A stretch of DNA of 64,000 nucleotides from Pseudovirgaria hyperparasitica (lineage: Eukaryota), in assembly GCA_010093815.1 (NCBI GenBank), contig ML996567.1; one strand, 5' to 3'. The notes beneath the pieces were generated by a model that saw nothing but the letters and a program-made list of their open reading frames with translations, had not been told where the DNA came from and searched no databases. Of the stretch, positions 38,578-51,606 are shown piece after piece. The position numbers were made by a program, and so were the translations under genes. The first letter of the stretch is position 1. Each line of letters starts with the position of its first letter.

Positions 38578-39382
38578 TCTACATGCACTGGTGTCAATGC
38601 TTTCCCCGGGGTCAACGAATGATCATCAGCCGGATATGTATTTATGTATTTTGCGTACCCTACCGCTCGTATCATTTCTACTAACTTTCCTCTTACGCGG
38701 CATGTTCTACTCGGAACGTGTATCCGATCCAGCAAATCATAAAAGGTGCCTCACAACACCACCATGGCGCCAGAAAATGGTCTGAATTTTGACGATAGTC
38801 GGCTCGTTTACGAAGGAAGATCGTGTAGCTCTAGTAAGTGAAACGCCTCGATCGAATGGTGATCTTCAGCCTGTGCCAGTAAATCGTATTTATGGCATGC
38901 TCGGGTGTGACGCGACAAGCTACCTGATAAGTTACTTGGTTCGTGAACCGTCTCTGTAATTTCATGTTATTTCAAATGACAAGCTATACATGCTGTAGCA
39001 GGCAATAGCTTGTCGATAACGCGAAGATTAGCATCCTACAGATCAAGGTCAATGTACTACTCTCGAACGAAACAAGGAGAAGTTACAACACTGCGGTTGC
39101 TATAGCTTCGTCTTTGGAATCCAACATTTTATGTTGGTCCACGTCGATGCTGCTTCAAGTCTAGCTCATTTGTCCTCACTATCAAACCAATCTGCAGGCT
39201 ATCGGTACATTCCTTCCGTTGCGACGTCTCCAGTTGTCACAATCGACATACAGGCAGCACGACCATACACTACGATGCGTGTCATCGGTAGACTATAATC
39301 CCGGTGAATAGAGTTGCCAAAGTTACGAAGTCTTCCAAACCACTGAGACAATGCCCCCTCGAACAGGACCTTCAAAGTTACT

Positions 39383-40304
39383 TCAGGTAGGTCCTGCTGC
39401 GTCGAAAGTGAAGTCGCCATAGTAGACAACAAGTGCCTACAGCTAACGTCAGCGAACCGTACAATCTGTACAGCAGCTTTGGCACTCACCTTGCTAGCTC
39501 CCTTCATACAGTAATGCGTGACCTGAACTTTCGTATCCTTGGTCACGTGCGTGGCCAGTTGATTGAGGTTAGATGTCCGTGGTAGGTACAGTGCAATGTC
39601 TCTGGCCACTTTCGCAAAGGGGTTGTATATATCCGACAGAGAATAAGGTTCCATGGTACTAAGATCGAAGATATCATCAGCCATGTATGATGGACCTGAC
39701 TCCGTTAGACTGTTCCATGATAGTGGCTGATGAAAGTACTCACCTCCCCAAGGCGGGCTTGCAAAGATAACAGCTTCAGGAAGGATTTTCTGAAAGCACT
39801 TCTCAATAACGTCAAAGCAGTCTCCATGTCTCCACGTAATCTTGTCATCCACTCCATACACTGCAGCGTTATTCTTAGCGCATTTCAATACATGCGGATC
39901 CAACTCTACAGCGAAAACACGATCCCATCGACCTGTCCGTGCGAAGGCCATGGCATTTCCGCCAGCGCCAGCAAATGCATCAATGATGTATTTTTTAGAC
40001 GGCGGCGCGGCTGCGGCGATGTGTTCGGCGACCTTCCTATGATCTTTAGCAAATATGGACCGTTCCGAACCTTGCGGATGGCATTACATAGCTACTGGCT
40101 CGGGTGTAACGCCAAACCATGCATCATCAGTCATCCAGACTCCCTCGTCATACTTCGAGAAGATGTCATGGCGCTGCCACCAGTACCTACCTGAAATCAG
40201 CCTTGGATTCTATGCAATTGTTTTATGAGCCACTACTTCTCGATGGATTTTGGCACCTGAGAAACGTGCTCGTAATGGAAGATACCTTCATCGTCGTTTT
40301 CCAT
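39383..40304 (-). CDS. TGS1: Trimethylguanosine synthase, 4 introns
   Basis: KYWWQRHDIFSKYDEGVWMTDDAWFGVTPEPVA, IDAFAGAGGNA, FASPPWGGP.Y, ALYLPRTS. Confidence 0.94.
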
Positions 40305-40557
40305 GTTTGCTGTACACTCAATTCCAGGGTCTGGGAATGTGATTGAGTAGCTTCCAGATTGCACCACAGACTCCAGTGAAACATTGACGAGCGAAAATAA
40401 ACACGCGAGACGCGATCTGTGGCGCATGCATCAAAGCTAGCGCCACAAAGTCGAGCCAGCCACTAGTCTCTACCCAGCTCCAACGAACGTCGAAGCCACT
40501 TCAACAACAGACCAACCTATCGTGTGATGTACATCAATTTCATCCCATCACCACAGT

Positions 40558-41799
40558 ATGTTTGGCGCATTGAACAGATTTATAGGCCGGCTAGACGGAG
40601 GTCAGCCAGAAGAGGAGAAAAATGGACTACAAGGCGCGGCAGGCTTTCAGGTTCTTAAGAACACGAATGAAGAATTGCTCCTGGAGCCATGGTTCGACTT
40701 CATTATCGGCATAAACGGACGGACACTGGTCAGTCGTGCAAAGAGGAATATGTAGATCCAGTGAGTTTGACTGACTCCAAGTCCTAGGACAGCGCAGACC
40801 CCAACCTGTTCGCACAAGAAATACACAACTGCGCTGGCACGTCAATAAGCATGGGCGTATTCAGTGGCAAGGTAAGTCATACGGCCACGAGTAGGTACTC
40901 CATCCCGAACATCACTAATAGTACTTATCAGGGTCAACGTATACGTGAGATATATATTCAAATTCCCCCGTCTGGCTCCTTGGGTTTATCTCTTCAATGG
41001 ACCCCTCTCTCAGCCATCGAAGATGTCTGGCATATCCTGGACGTAGCCCCCGACTCCCCAGCCGATGTAGCTGGCCTCCTCCCATACGGCGACTATGTAA
41101 TCGGCTCCCCAGAGGGTCTCCTACGCGGGGAGTCTGGACTCGGCGAGATCGTGGAAGATGTATGTATCACGTGCTTTACAAAGAACCACAGCAACCAATC
41201 TTGACACCGAACAGTATCTCAATCGCCCGCTCCGGCTCCAAGTCTACAACCATGAATACGATGTAACACGTCCCGTCACGATCACCCCCTCTCGCGGGTG
41301 GGGAGGCACAGGGGCCCTCGGCTGCGTCCTTGGTTTTGGCGCCCTGCACCGCGTCCCTGCACCACTCGACGAGCCTCCCCAAGCACCCGGCGAAGCCCTC
41401 TTCGACGCTGCTTCAACCTCAGCACCGGCTCTTCCCCCGGTCAATCCCGACGCGGTGCCAACTTCGCGTTCTCCGAATAATGCGCCGAGCGACTTCCAGC
41501 CCGTCGCTCCTGCAGCATCAACAGATTTCCTGGTCCCTGCCAACATGCAATTCCAGAGCAAATCACCCCCGCAAACGTCCCCGGGTAGCGAGGTGGCTCC
41601 TGGAAGGGCGAAGAAATCACGCGGCAGAGCGCATCACGCGAGTCCGGGCGCAGGCTTAGATGACTTATTGGCAGAAGGAGAGGCTAAGAGTAAGGAGCAG
41701 GACTTTGCGCCGAGTGGGAAGCCGGGCAGTGTCCCGCCACCACCCGGAGGGCCGCCGAAGGGGCCGCCGAGGAGTGGGACGCCAGTGGTGAAAGAGTAA
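40558..41799 (+). CDS. GRH1: Golgi reassembly stacking protein (GRASP55/65), 3 introns
   Basis: LEPWFDFIIGING, VWHILDV.PDSPADVAGLLPYGDYVIG, VYNHEYDVTRPVTITPSRGWGGTGALGCVLGFGALHR; Pro-rich tail. Confidence 0.95.
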
Positions 41800-42190
41800 T
41801 TGTATATACAAAATGTAAAGCGAGGTAGACTAACTATGCATATCGTACAACAGTGGTCTCTTGAGCCGACGTCCCCTTTCTTCGCCTTCCGTCGCTTGAT
41901 GGTACACCAAAAAGCTCCTGTCTTCGTTTATGATTCCACAAAGGTTGTGCATTACGTAGGTACGTAATAGGCCTGGCGTAAGCTCATGGAGCTCCATTAT
42001 ACACGTTTTACAGTTCTAACGTAGGCAGGCTGTCACAGGAGCCCCTTGTTCGAATCGCTGACAATTGTGTATGATACTAAAGTCTCCGTGGGCAATCGAG
42101 GTCGCCCACTTAATCAATCGTGATATCAAGTAATCCTACAGCTACGCCAGCCCAATGCAAATGCAATGCCTTATGTGTATGCCAGGGTAT

Positions 42191-44732
42191 CTAATTCCTA
42201 AACGTCTTGCTCCGTCCCTCTTCGGGCTTCCTCGCTCGAGCCAATCCCTTTGGTGCGTCCATTGCTTTCTTGAATGGGTCGAAGCCCTTAGTGGGCTTGC
42301 TCTTCGCCCCACTTATCGTACGCGATTCCTGCTGTGACTTCAGAACGCTCGGTGAATTCTCGTAGTCGTAGGACTGAGGCTCTGGGGCGGCGTCCATATC
42401 TTCGGGCACCCCTTTATTCAACGGCTTTCCGTCGGCATTCAAGGCACGCTTGGCCATTTTTTTCTGCCTCTTCGCCTCTGCTTTTTGTTCCCTGCGGAGA
42501 TTTCGTTTCTCCATTCCTTCTTCTAGCGCTATAGCATCGTCTCCGGGTATGTCATGAAGACCTGTAGACGGGTCTTCGTCGGCTTTGCGCTTGCGTTGGC
42601 CTAATTCTCTGATCACGAATATTTCATCATCATCGTCGACGTTTGGACGATCCTCCTTCCGAATGAACTTAAGCTCTGGCTTTTGCTTGGTAGTCTCGGC
42701 TGCGCTTGTACCATCTGCGAATATCTCAGCCGTAAGAGGTGGAAGAGGGACGGCAAGAGTGAGGTCCTGTGAGGGCGCTAGTGTACTGCTCATTCTGCGC
42801 TGTGGCCATAGGCTACTAAGGAAGTTGCCCCAGAAGCTAGACTTTGTGCTGCGCATACTACCGCTATCTCTCAATGTTGGAGGAGCGCTACTGAACTCGG
42901 CAAATTGAGGTGCTGACTGGATGATGGGAACTGTGGCAGACAAAGCTGCTTGACGTTTAGCACGATGATTATTGAGGGCTTCAATCATCTCTGGTCCATT
43001 TTCGCCCTCTATTCTAGCCTTCGTAATGACAGCGAGTAGTTCATCAACTCGAGAGCGTAGGACGGCTGTCACAGGTGTCGCCAGCGATAGAAGCTCGGAA
43101 GGTTCCTTCGGCATCTCGCGCGCAATACTGAATAGCGCATGGTTAGACATGAGATAATTTAGACCTTCGTCTTCTTGGCGAGCTACGTGATCACGCCATT
43201 GATGAACAGCCTTGAACACTGCAAATTGCTCTTTAGAAAACTCCGCTGGCGTCCTCATAAGCAAGCCGAGCCATCCACCTTGACCTCTTCCATTCGGGTC
43301 GTAGACATGCTGAGAATACGTCTGGAGAGCAGTCTCTTTTGACTTCTCGAGGACCTGCTGAACCTTGTTCTTGTCTGGATGATCGAAATTCGAGCGATCT
43401 ATGAGCTCATTCCTCATGTGGTCGTAAATGTACAAAAGGAAATGGGTGTCCGAGCGAGCATAGTCGAATAACTCCTTTGGTAGCGGCCTCTATGGGTCAG
43501 TACTTACGCAACCAAGTGTCGGGGGAGTTTACTTACCGTATTCGCCAATCAGCTGTTGCATACTGCTTCTGAGCCTCAAAGCCAACAAATTTCTGTAGTA
43601 AGAAAGCTAGACTGCCACCATCATATCCTAGCGCCTTCGCAGCCCAGTGAGTGTCGAAAAGTCCTACTAAATAGAGTCCGAGATCTCTCTGCAACCAAAT
43701 GACATCCATGTATGCTCCATGTAGAACTTTGACAATCGAAGGGTCTGTAAAAACTTCATTCAAGCATTCCAAGTCCCTCCTCCACGGCTTCAAGGTATCC
43801 ACTATCCAATCTTTGTCGCGCGTAGAGATCTGCATGAGAGATAGTAACCCAGAAAATGTACGATGTTCATGGTGCTCAATATCAATGGCTATCTCTTTTG
43901 CACCCTTCAGCTCTTCTAGCATGGACGCGAGGCCTTCCGTAGTGTCGACCCATGTGGCAGTGGTTTCTTCGTAAGGCAAGTAAGGAACAGGCTCAGCTTT
44001 GGTGTAGACTGATTCCGGGAACGTATATTGATCTATCTCGGTGCGGTAGGGATGCTGGTACCTGGAGTATGATTAGCTATGGTCTTGTATGTAATAGTTG
44101 GACAATCACGTACTGTTCTATACCCCATTGAGATTCTGCTATGCTCAGACTTTGCTGTAGAAGTTGCTTTGCATGCGGCTTCTTTGTTAGCAAAGGTTTC
44201 CAGGGGCCTGATGGATTATTCTGAGGCAAGTGTTTGAAGGCGAGCTGCGGTTTCGCTAGTTCTTGCAAGCGGAACAGCTTCGCTCCACGCCGTTTAGATG
44301 CCGCACTGTCTGCAACCTGCTGTTGATCAGTTTCGCTTCATATAGACGCCATCTCTTGCGCACACGTACATTGTTTGGGCCCGTGTCGTCCACTCTCTTC
44401 ACCACGCCAGTATACTCGTCTAAGCTCGTATCCGCCCTCTCCAGCAAACTGTCGATAACATCAACCACGCTTTTCCATTTGTGCTCGAGGTCTTCTTTGC
44501 CATCGGGAAATGTAGGACCTACAGCCTCACCCGAGATCGCGCTCCCAAGTAGACGTTGCGCAATTTCAAGAAGCCGTGCATTCTGGGTGTCGAGTCTTTC
44601 GGACAGGCTCCGGTCGAGCGATCGGTGGAATGCAAGGTCCTCGGAGTTCAGACGATTCGCCGCGCGCGTGGTGGATACAAGGGCCTGAGAGATGGAGGTC
44701 TGGAGATCGCCGAAGGATGCTGAAGAATCCAT
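42191..44732 (-). CDS. RRP6: Nuclear exosome 3'-5' exonuclease Rrp6, 3 introns
   Basis: PMC2NT N-terminus; DEDDy exonuclease IAIDIEHH, LMQISTRDKDWIVD, DWRIRPLP...YARSDTH; HRDC WRDHVARQEDE. Confidence 0.96.
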
Positions 44733-44999
44733 TAGACCGTGCCAGTGGCTATCCCAACGTTCATATAATTGATGGGTTTAGGAGCGACAGCTGTAGGCTG
44801 CTGCGCTTGTTATGCTCTGTAGTAGCGCCGCGTAGGACGAGGTGAAGATTGACGTTGTGGTTTCAACTTTTTGATACGGGTAATATATTTATTATCGATA
44901 GCGCGCGTAATTTATTCCTCGAGCTTCAGCCACAGCATGCATACATCCCATTTGCGCTCTTACGGTGAGAAACACCAACCTGTGGAATAGGTCGAAGTC

Positions 45000-45398
45000 A
45001 TGTCAGCATCGCTGGCGCCAGAATGTAATGACGTAAAAGAGTGAGAGATGTGACAGTCTTTAAATCAGAGTTGGAAGCTGATAACTGTTTTAGGCGTTAC
45101 GACTCCTGCTTTCTGAAATGGTACAGCGACAGTATGAACCTTTGCTCTCACCCTGCTTCTGCTTCGCTGATTCTGTGCCTGTCCCAGAATTCCTGCGTGG
45201 AAACGCCAAGGAAGATGAATGCGCACCTCTTTTCAAACAATATAAGAGCTGCCTGGATGTATGGGAGCACCATCGCGATTAGTTATCACGACTGACGTGG
45301 CGCAGAAAGCTCTCAAGGAGCGAGGAATAGATACCATGATCCAGGAGGCAAGAGAGGACAACCGAGAAAATGATGCAGAGCACATGAAAGGCAGTTGA
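45000..45398 (+). CDS. MDM35: Mitochondrial twin-Cx9C protein Mdm35, 3 introns; not represented correctly in the ORF track
   Basis: Spliced MSASLAPECNDVKERYDSCFLKWYSDKFLRGNAKEDECAPLFKQYKSCLDKALKERGIDTMIQEAREDNRENDAEHMKGS*. Confidence 0.94.
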
Positions 45399-45626
45399 CA
45401 AGCATAAAGAACGCATTGCACGGAGTTTAGAAGCGTCTTCTGACGCACGTTGTAACAACAGACAGGGATATCTACTCATGAACTATTATACATCCGCTCA
45501 GCTCTTTTGAATGTTGTCTTTTACAGAAGGTATGATAACAACAAATACGAATATATTCCCATCATCTGGACGCCGCGCTATGCTTGAGGATGAAAGTGCC
45601 TACGGAATGATCGAAGAAGTAAAGGA

Positions 45627-46693
45627 CTAATGAAACATTGCTCCATCGACGCGTTGTCTCGGTCCAAGTCCTTGTGAAATGGCACTCTTGATCGGGTCCC
45701 ATGTCATGTCATCGATTCGTCTACCTTTCAATTGCTTCGCTATCGTGAGAGCTTCCTGGAACTTGCCAGTGGCCATCTTCCGCACCATTACTGCGTCGCG
45801 TGCACCATGATAGGTCTTTCCATTGCCTTCGAGTAGGTAGTTCTCAAATATCGTATTTTCCTCTTCACTGAATGGGAGTTCGATTAGCTCTACGCCTCTG
45901 TTGGCTCGCGGACTGTCCCTGGAGTCTGCGAGACCTTGTCGAATCAATATGTGCAACAGGTGTTCCTGCTCGTCTTCGGGTCTATTGCGAAGAAAGCCGA
46001 ATGCCTCTGTCACGCTTATATGAGCCAGATGAGAGAAGTAAAGGTCAAGGACCTCAGTTGCGACAAGCGGCGCGTGAATAGTATTGTGGTATACAATGGG
46101 CAGGTCAGGGTGTTCGTCCTTAGCATGATACAGGAGGGCCAGTAATATTTCATCCGGAAAGGTCGGGGGTATAACAGCTGGGTGCACAAGACTATCCACT
46201 GCATTCTAGCCGGTTGTCAGCAGGTGTTCTTCAAGCACACATAGTTTTGATTACACTCCATTCGAGGTGGTCCAGAAGCCAGAAACCTTCCACGCAGCGC
46301 CAGTACTTCGCTGGCAGGTGGAAGGTGTCTACAAATTGCTCCAGAGCACTGGGATCATTTTTTGAATGAACGTCTTTCAAGATGTAGTATATGAGCGACT
46401 GTTTGAGGGTTTCGTTGACTGGTGCCGATCCAACACGATTGTACAGTGCCCGAAGATCTTTGTTTGTGCGAGGAGGATATGAATTCGCGTCTAACTATAA
46501 TCAATATCTGCATCTAGAATTAATTTACTCACTCACGCTTCACTTTGCTCGAGAGCAGCATTCGGTCGAAGAACAATTGTCCCAGAGTTCTGCGCCGGCT
46601 CGCAATCTCAGCTTGCAAAGCTGGAGGATATGTGAAGTCTGCAAACTCCCCGAACAGGGCGTTAAATCCATCATTGGAGAATTCCAAAGCCAT
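45627..46693 (-). CDS. ELYS-like nuclear pore assembly domain protein, 2 introns
   Basis: LFFDRML, YPPRT, KQSLIYYILKD, VEGFWLLDH, SVTEAFGFLR, ELPFSEEE pattern typical of fungal ELYS-domain proteins. Confidence 0.82.
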
Positions 46694-47977
46694 GCTCGGC
46701 GTGGCGCGTTGCTTCAGTGAATCTGTAAGCAGATCTGGAGGTGAGTATGTTTACGTGCACTCTGTGTGTACGGAGATAGAGGCCTAGTCCGAAATTAGTT
46801 AATACATATCCGCCACACATGCATCAAACATTTTACAAACCTCATTTAAATCGATCGTTCATGCAAGCCAACCATGACCGCTTTTGACGCGAATTCCCAC
46901 ATTCGACAAGTGATCTCACAGTTTTGTATTTGAGAGCATCGCAGTCTGGCTGCCACGACGTGCTTAGCATCATGTCTGGTGCTACTAGTCTCCGTGTCAG
47001 CCATCAATGGTACGAATCGGACATTGGGATATGCGGTCGACCAAACCACCGAGCAGCTGCACAATGTCCCGGACGCAACTGGTGAACACTGCAGGCCGTT
47101 GCCTTTGTAGCATCTGATTGTTTACGCGTACAATTGCGACCCTGAAAGGTGGTCTCTGTCCAAGATCCGCATGTCACATGACACAGCCACTGTATACAGA
47201 CCAGTCTATACCAGGATGTCAACAACTTGGCTAACATGGGGCCACTCATCCGAAGTTATATTATCAAGACTTCAGTATTTCCGAATATGGCGGCACGGAA
47301 CACCACGCTACCTGAGCAACTAGCTTTCAAGTGAATGAATATAGGCTTCTATTTGGTATTTAGAGTAGATGCAGCGCTAGAGCAAGCTCTAAGCCTACGG
47401 ACATTTGTTTTCGACTATCCTCATTCCCCAAGTTGGTCTGTTTTTTTCGACACGAGCCTTCCATCTCGTATTCTATTTTCTATCGTCCTTCAGTCGTTTG
47501 CAGCAGTTCACTCTTTGCTTTCGCTCTTTGCTTTCACGACCTGAACCATTCTTCTCAGAGTCAACCAATTCACACTCGCTTCTGCTAGTTCGAGTCCGTC
47601 TACTAAGAAAACGTCACCTTCAACTTGACCACATTCTTTACCTGGTTTCGGGGAACCTTCCTCACTCACTGTTACTGTCTGATAGCTTCAAGGAGGCAGC
47701 TTCGTTAAAAACCATATTGTATGTCAAGACACCCCTAACTGCTTGTTATGGTGATATGCAGTACTGCTGAGAAGTCACGTACCCCGTCCTTTCACAGTCC
47801 AAAAAAGGGAGAACGGTTTCAAGCTTCTCTTGTCGAGTACAAGCTTGTATTGTGTCCAGCTCAGGATCGATTTTCAGACTACACTACACCGTCTCAGACA
47901 CATTTTCTCCCAACCTCGGAAAAAGTCACTAACAGCCGCTGGTGGGCCGTAACAGTATTCAATCACTTCCAAAAACC

Positions 47978-49229
47978 ATGAAGACCACTTTCTTTTATGC
48001 AGTAGCATTTTCCGCTATAGAGCTGGCTCTAGCGCAACCTCATCACCGTAGGTACCAAAGTGTACCTCTCGCTGAGCTTTAGTAACGCATTATGAACAGA
48101 TGCACACCGCCACGCCCACAAACGCAGCCTTGTCACTACAGTTGAAATCAAAACGGTGACGGCTTCGGATGTGACGGTGTATGTGGACGAAGCAGGCGAA
48201 ACGCTGTCATCGAACATAGAGACACCGACCGTCACGTTTGAGGCTATTTCAGAGACCACATCCGAACCCTCCATTCAAACCGCCGAAATTTCAAGCGTCA
48301 TTCAACCTGAAATAGCTACAAGTTCTAAGACTCATGTTCCATTAGTAGAGAAGTCTCTAGCACCGCCAGCTGTGACCCCCAAACCGATCGGTCTGCCCAT
48401 CAGTGTTGCATATATCCCGAGCTCTATTCCCGCTGTACCTTTACCTCTGCCCTCATCGTCAAATAACTTCCCCTTGGGCATTGCCTATTCGCCTTTCCTT
48501 GTTGGAGGATGCAAAACAAAAGAGCAGGTAGCGGCAGATTTCCTTAGAATGGGCGAATTTGGTATTGTACGCCTGTATGGTACGGAATGCAACCAGATCG
48601 CATCCGGGGTGGCAGCAGCTAAAGCAACGAACAAAAAACTCATCGTCGGGATATACGATATCAAGCAGGTCGATGCAGCAGTCAAGGTGATCAAGAATGA
48701 AGGAGGGGATTTTTCCACGATCAAGCTCATCACGGTCGGAAATGAGGGAATCCTCAATGGTCATCAGGCGTCAGAGATCGTTGCGGCGGTCAAAGAGGCG
48801 CGAACAAAACTCGCAGCTATCGGATACAAGGGTCTGATCAGCTCAGTGGACACATTCGGAGACACGATTGCACACAAAGAACTGTGTGACAACTCGGACA
48901 TCACGACGGTCAATGCTCAAGCATTCTTCACGAATACAGTCACGGCCGACCAGGCTGGACAGTATGTGCGGGACAGAGTGAATGATGTCCGGAATGTGTG
49001 CGGCAAAGACAAGCTAGTTGTGGTCACAGAGTCTGGCTGGCCGAGTTCAGGTGATCCAAATGGCGCAGCAGTTCCGGGCCGGACGCAACAGAGGATGGCT
49101 ATTGCTTCGCTGAAAGAGAAGTTCAAGGACGGTAACATGGTTCTCTTCTCTGCGTTCAACGACGAGTGGAAAACCGACACGGCCGCAACGTTCAACGCAG
49201 AGAAGCACTACGGGATTCTGGACCAGTGA
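47978..49229 (+). CDS. Secreted GH17 cell-wall glucanase/transglucosylase (Scw4/Scw10/Scw11-like), 1 intron
   Basis: Signal peptide, HAHKR dibasic site, Ser/Thr/Pro region; GIAYSPF..GGCK, VRLYGTECNQ, VGNE, VVVTESGWPSSG, FSAFNDEWK. Confidence 0.92.
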
Positions 49230-50405
49230 GCACATCGTGCTTGCACTGTTGCTATGTACTGGACTTGAGTTCTCCTGATCCAGTTGATAGATATATTTTG
49301 TCCGCTGCAGGCTGAGAGTCTTGGACAGTTGATCTGCTCGTCTCTTCTGCACTGCACTCTACCTATTACCCTTTCTAGCGAGCGGCGCTCGACTGGTCGA
49401 GACTGACCTCGCGACAGACCAGGTGTTTTATTTTCCTTTTCCTTTCGCCTCTCTTTCCGCTTTCACTTTGACTTGACTGTCAGAACTGGCAGCTCATGAT
49501 GTTACCTAAGACAGGCGTGTCGTCACAATAGGCATATACCGACGGATGATCATGTACTACCTAGCTAGATGCCATAGTGCACTACGGATATATGTATTAT
49601 CTTATGTATATGACTGAACACACTCTGTCGCACGGTAGTGCAGATAAGAGCGCAGGTATGGGTACGGTACGTGAACGCGCAACAGGAACATGTCCACAAG
49701 CCTCACGACGGTCTGCAGGACAAATGCAGTATGTGACTCAATGACGCCGTTCTTGAAGGGGATGATTGCGTAGGCGCACGTGGAAGGAAAGATGGCATTA
49801 CCAAAGTTCTTGAAGGAGAGGCCGGTAGTCAGCTGCAAGGAACGTGATGAGCACGAGATAGACGTCTCATTCATGGAGTAGTGACCGTGATGGATGTGAT
49901 AGTGTGTGTATTGTTGAGTGAGAGAACAAACAGCAGTGTGGAAAGGGGACAGGTGACTGACCAGGTAGTCATGAGAGAGATCACATGGCAGAGAGCCGAA
50001 AGAGGACTAGCGGACCCTGAACAGCTGTGGACCTGAGGTCTGAGGTGTATATTCCCGCCTGAACAGAAAATCGAACATCGATTAGAACGGACGCTAACTC
50101 GTTTCCAGCTTAGCGGACGGGAGTGGGAGGGGGAGGGGGGCGTGGCTGTGGCCGAAATAGGGCAAGCGTGACCCGACTACACCACCTGCCCAACTGATGA
50201 GCAGTTTCGATTTCGAACTGCTCCAGTTGGCCCGAGCTCTAATACATAAACACGCCTGTCCCCTCGCCGCGCGCATCGCCCTCCTCGTTTGCTCTCGTGT
50301 TATCTCGTCGTCGCCCTCAAGTCCGCCGTCTTAACCTGCCCGTCCAGCCTCTCGTCTGAAAGCGCATCTTCGCCGCTACAATCCCACCAAAACATTATTT
50401 CCACA

Positions 50406-51606
50406 ATGCCTCCCAAGAAGTCCACCACCGCCGCCCCAAAGAAGGCCGCCGGAGCTGCCGGTCATGCCAGTTATCAGGGTATGCACATCATTCCCTCCCA
50501 CATCCCAACCCGGTGTCGCGCGTTCGGCGCATTGCCTCTGTGGTGTTCGCGAGCTTCTGCTGACCATCTTTACCAGATATGATTAAGGAGGCTATCATCA
50601 ACGTACGTTTACTCCTTCAGGCGCATCGTGTTTGCCCCGCTTCTGCTCGCAACTCGCCCGGCGTTTGTTGAGCGATTTTCCTCAATCGAGCATCTCACGC
50701 CTTAGCTTCTTTCTCCAAGAGCATTGCTAACGTTTTCTTCGAAATTCAGCTCAAGGAACGAAATGGTAGCAGGTCAGTACAACTTATTTCCCTCGCGTCT
50801 CTGCGTTTATCACATAGCCACTTGCTGACTCCTGCACCAGCCGTCAAGCCATCAAGAAGTACATCCAAGCCAACAACCAGCTTGGCGGTGTTTCTGATGC
50901 TGCCTTCACTTCTCACATCAACCGCGCACTTGCTGGCGGTGAGAAGAGCGGTGATTTCCTCCGACCAAAGGGTACGTGTTCCATGTTTTGATGCCACTCC
51001 GCTTTCCCCTGGCGCACTCGTGTTCTACCACGCCACGCTACGACCTCAACTTTCTCCCCAGCCAATCACGCCATTCTTTGAATCTTCATTGCTCAAACCT
51101 CAACTAATTCGCAATAGGTCCCTCTGGTACTGTAAAGCTGGCAAAGAAGGAGACAAAGCCTGCTGTTGCTAAGCCTGTCACCAAGCCTGCTGTCGCCAAG
51201 GTAAGCCCCGTGTTCTCATGCACATGAAAATCATTACTCAGCTCTTACACAGAAAACTGCCACCGCTAAGGCGGCTCCTAAGAAGACTGTCACCAAGAAG
51301 GCACCCACCGCTACTACCACGACCACCACCACTAAGAAGGCGGCTGCTCCTAAGAAGGCGGCTGTCGCCAAGCCAAAGGCCAATGCCAGCAAAGCCCGGA
51401 AGCCTGCTGCCCCCAAGGCCGCCCCTGCAGTGGTTGAGAAGCCTTCTGTCACTCTTGGAAAGACCAAGTCTGGGCGTGTGACTAAGACCAAGGCACCCGA
51501 TGCTGCCCCAAAGAAGGCGGCCAAGAAGGCTGCCCCTAAGAAAGCCGCTACGAAGAAAACGACACCGAAGAAGGCTACCCCAAAGAAGGCTGAAGCTTCC
51601 GCATGA
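50406..51606 (+). CDS. HHO1: Linker histone H1, 5 introns
   Basis: HASYQ/DMIKEAIIN/LKERNGSS/RQAIKKYIQAN...RPK/GPSGTVKLAK globular domain; Lys/Ala/Pro-rich tail. Confidence 0.96.

Noticed and set aside
42048..42056. GTTCGAATC (tRNA B-box-like)
   Set aside because: No flanking T-stem or cloverleaf.
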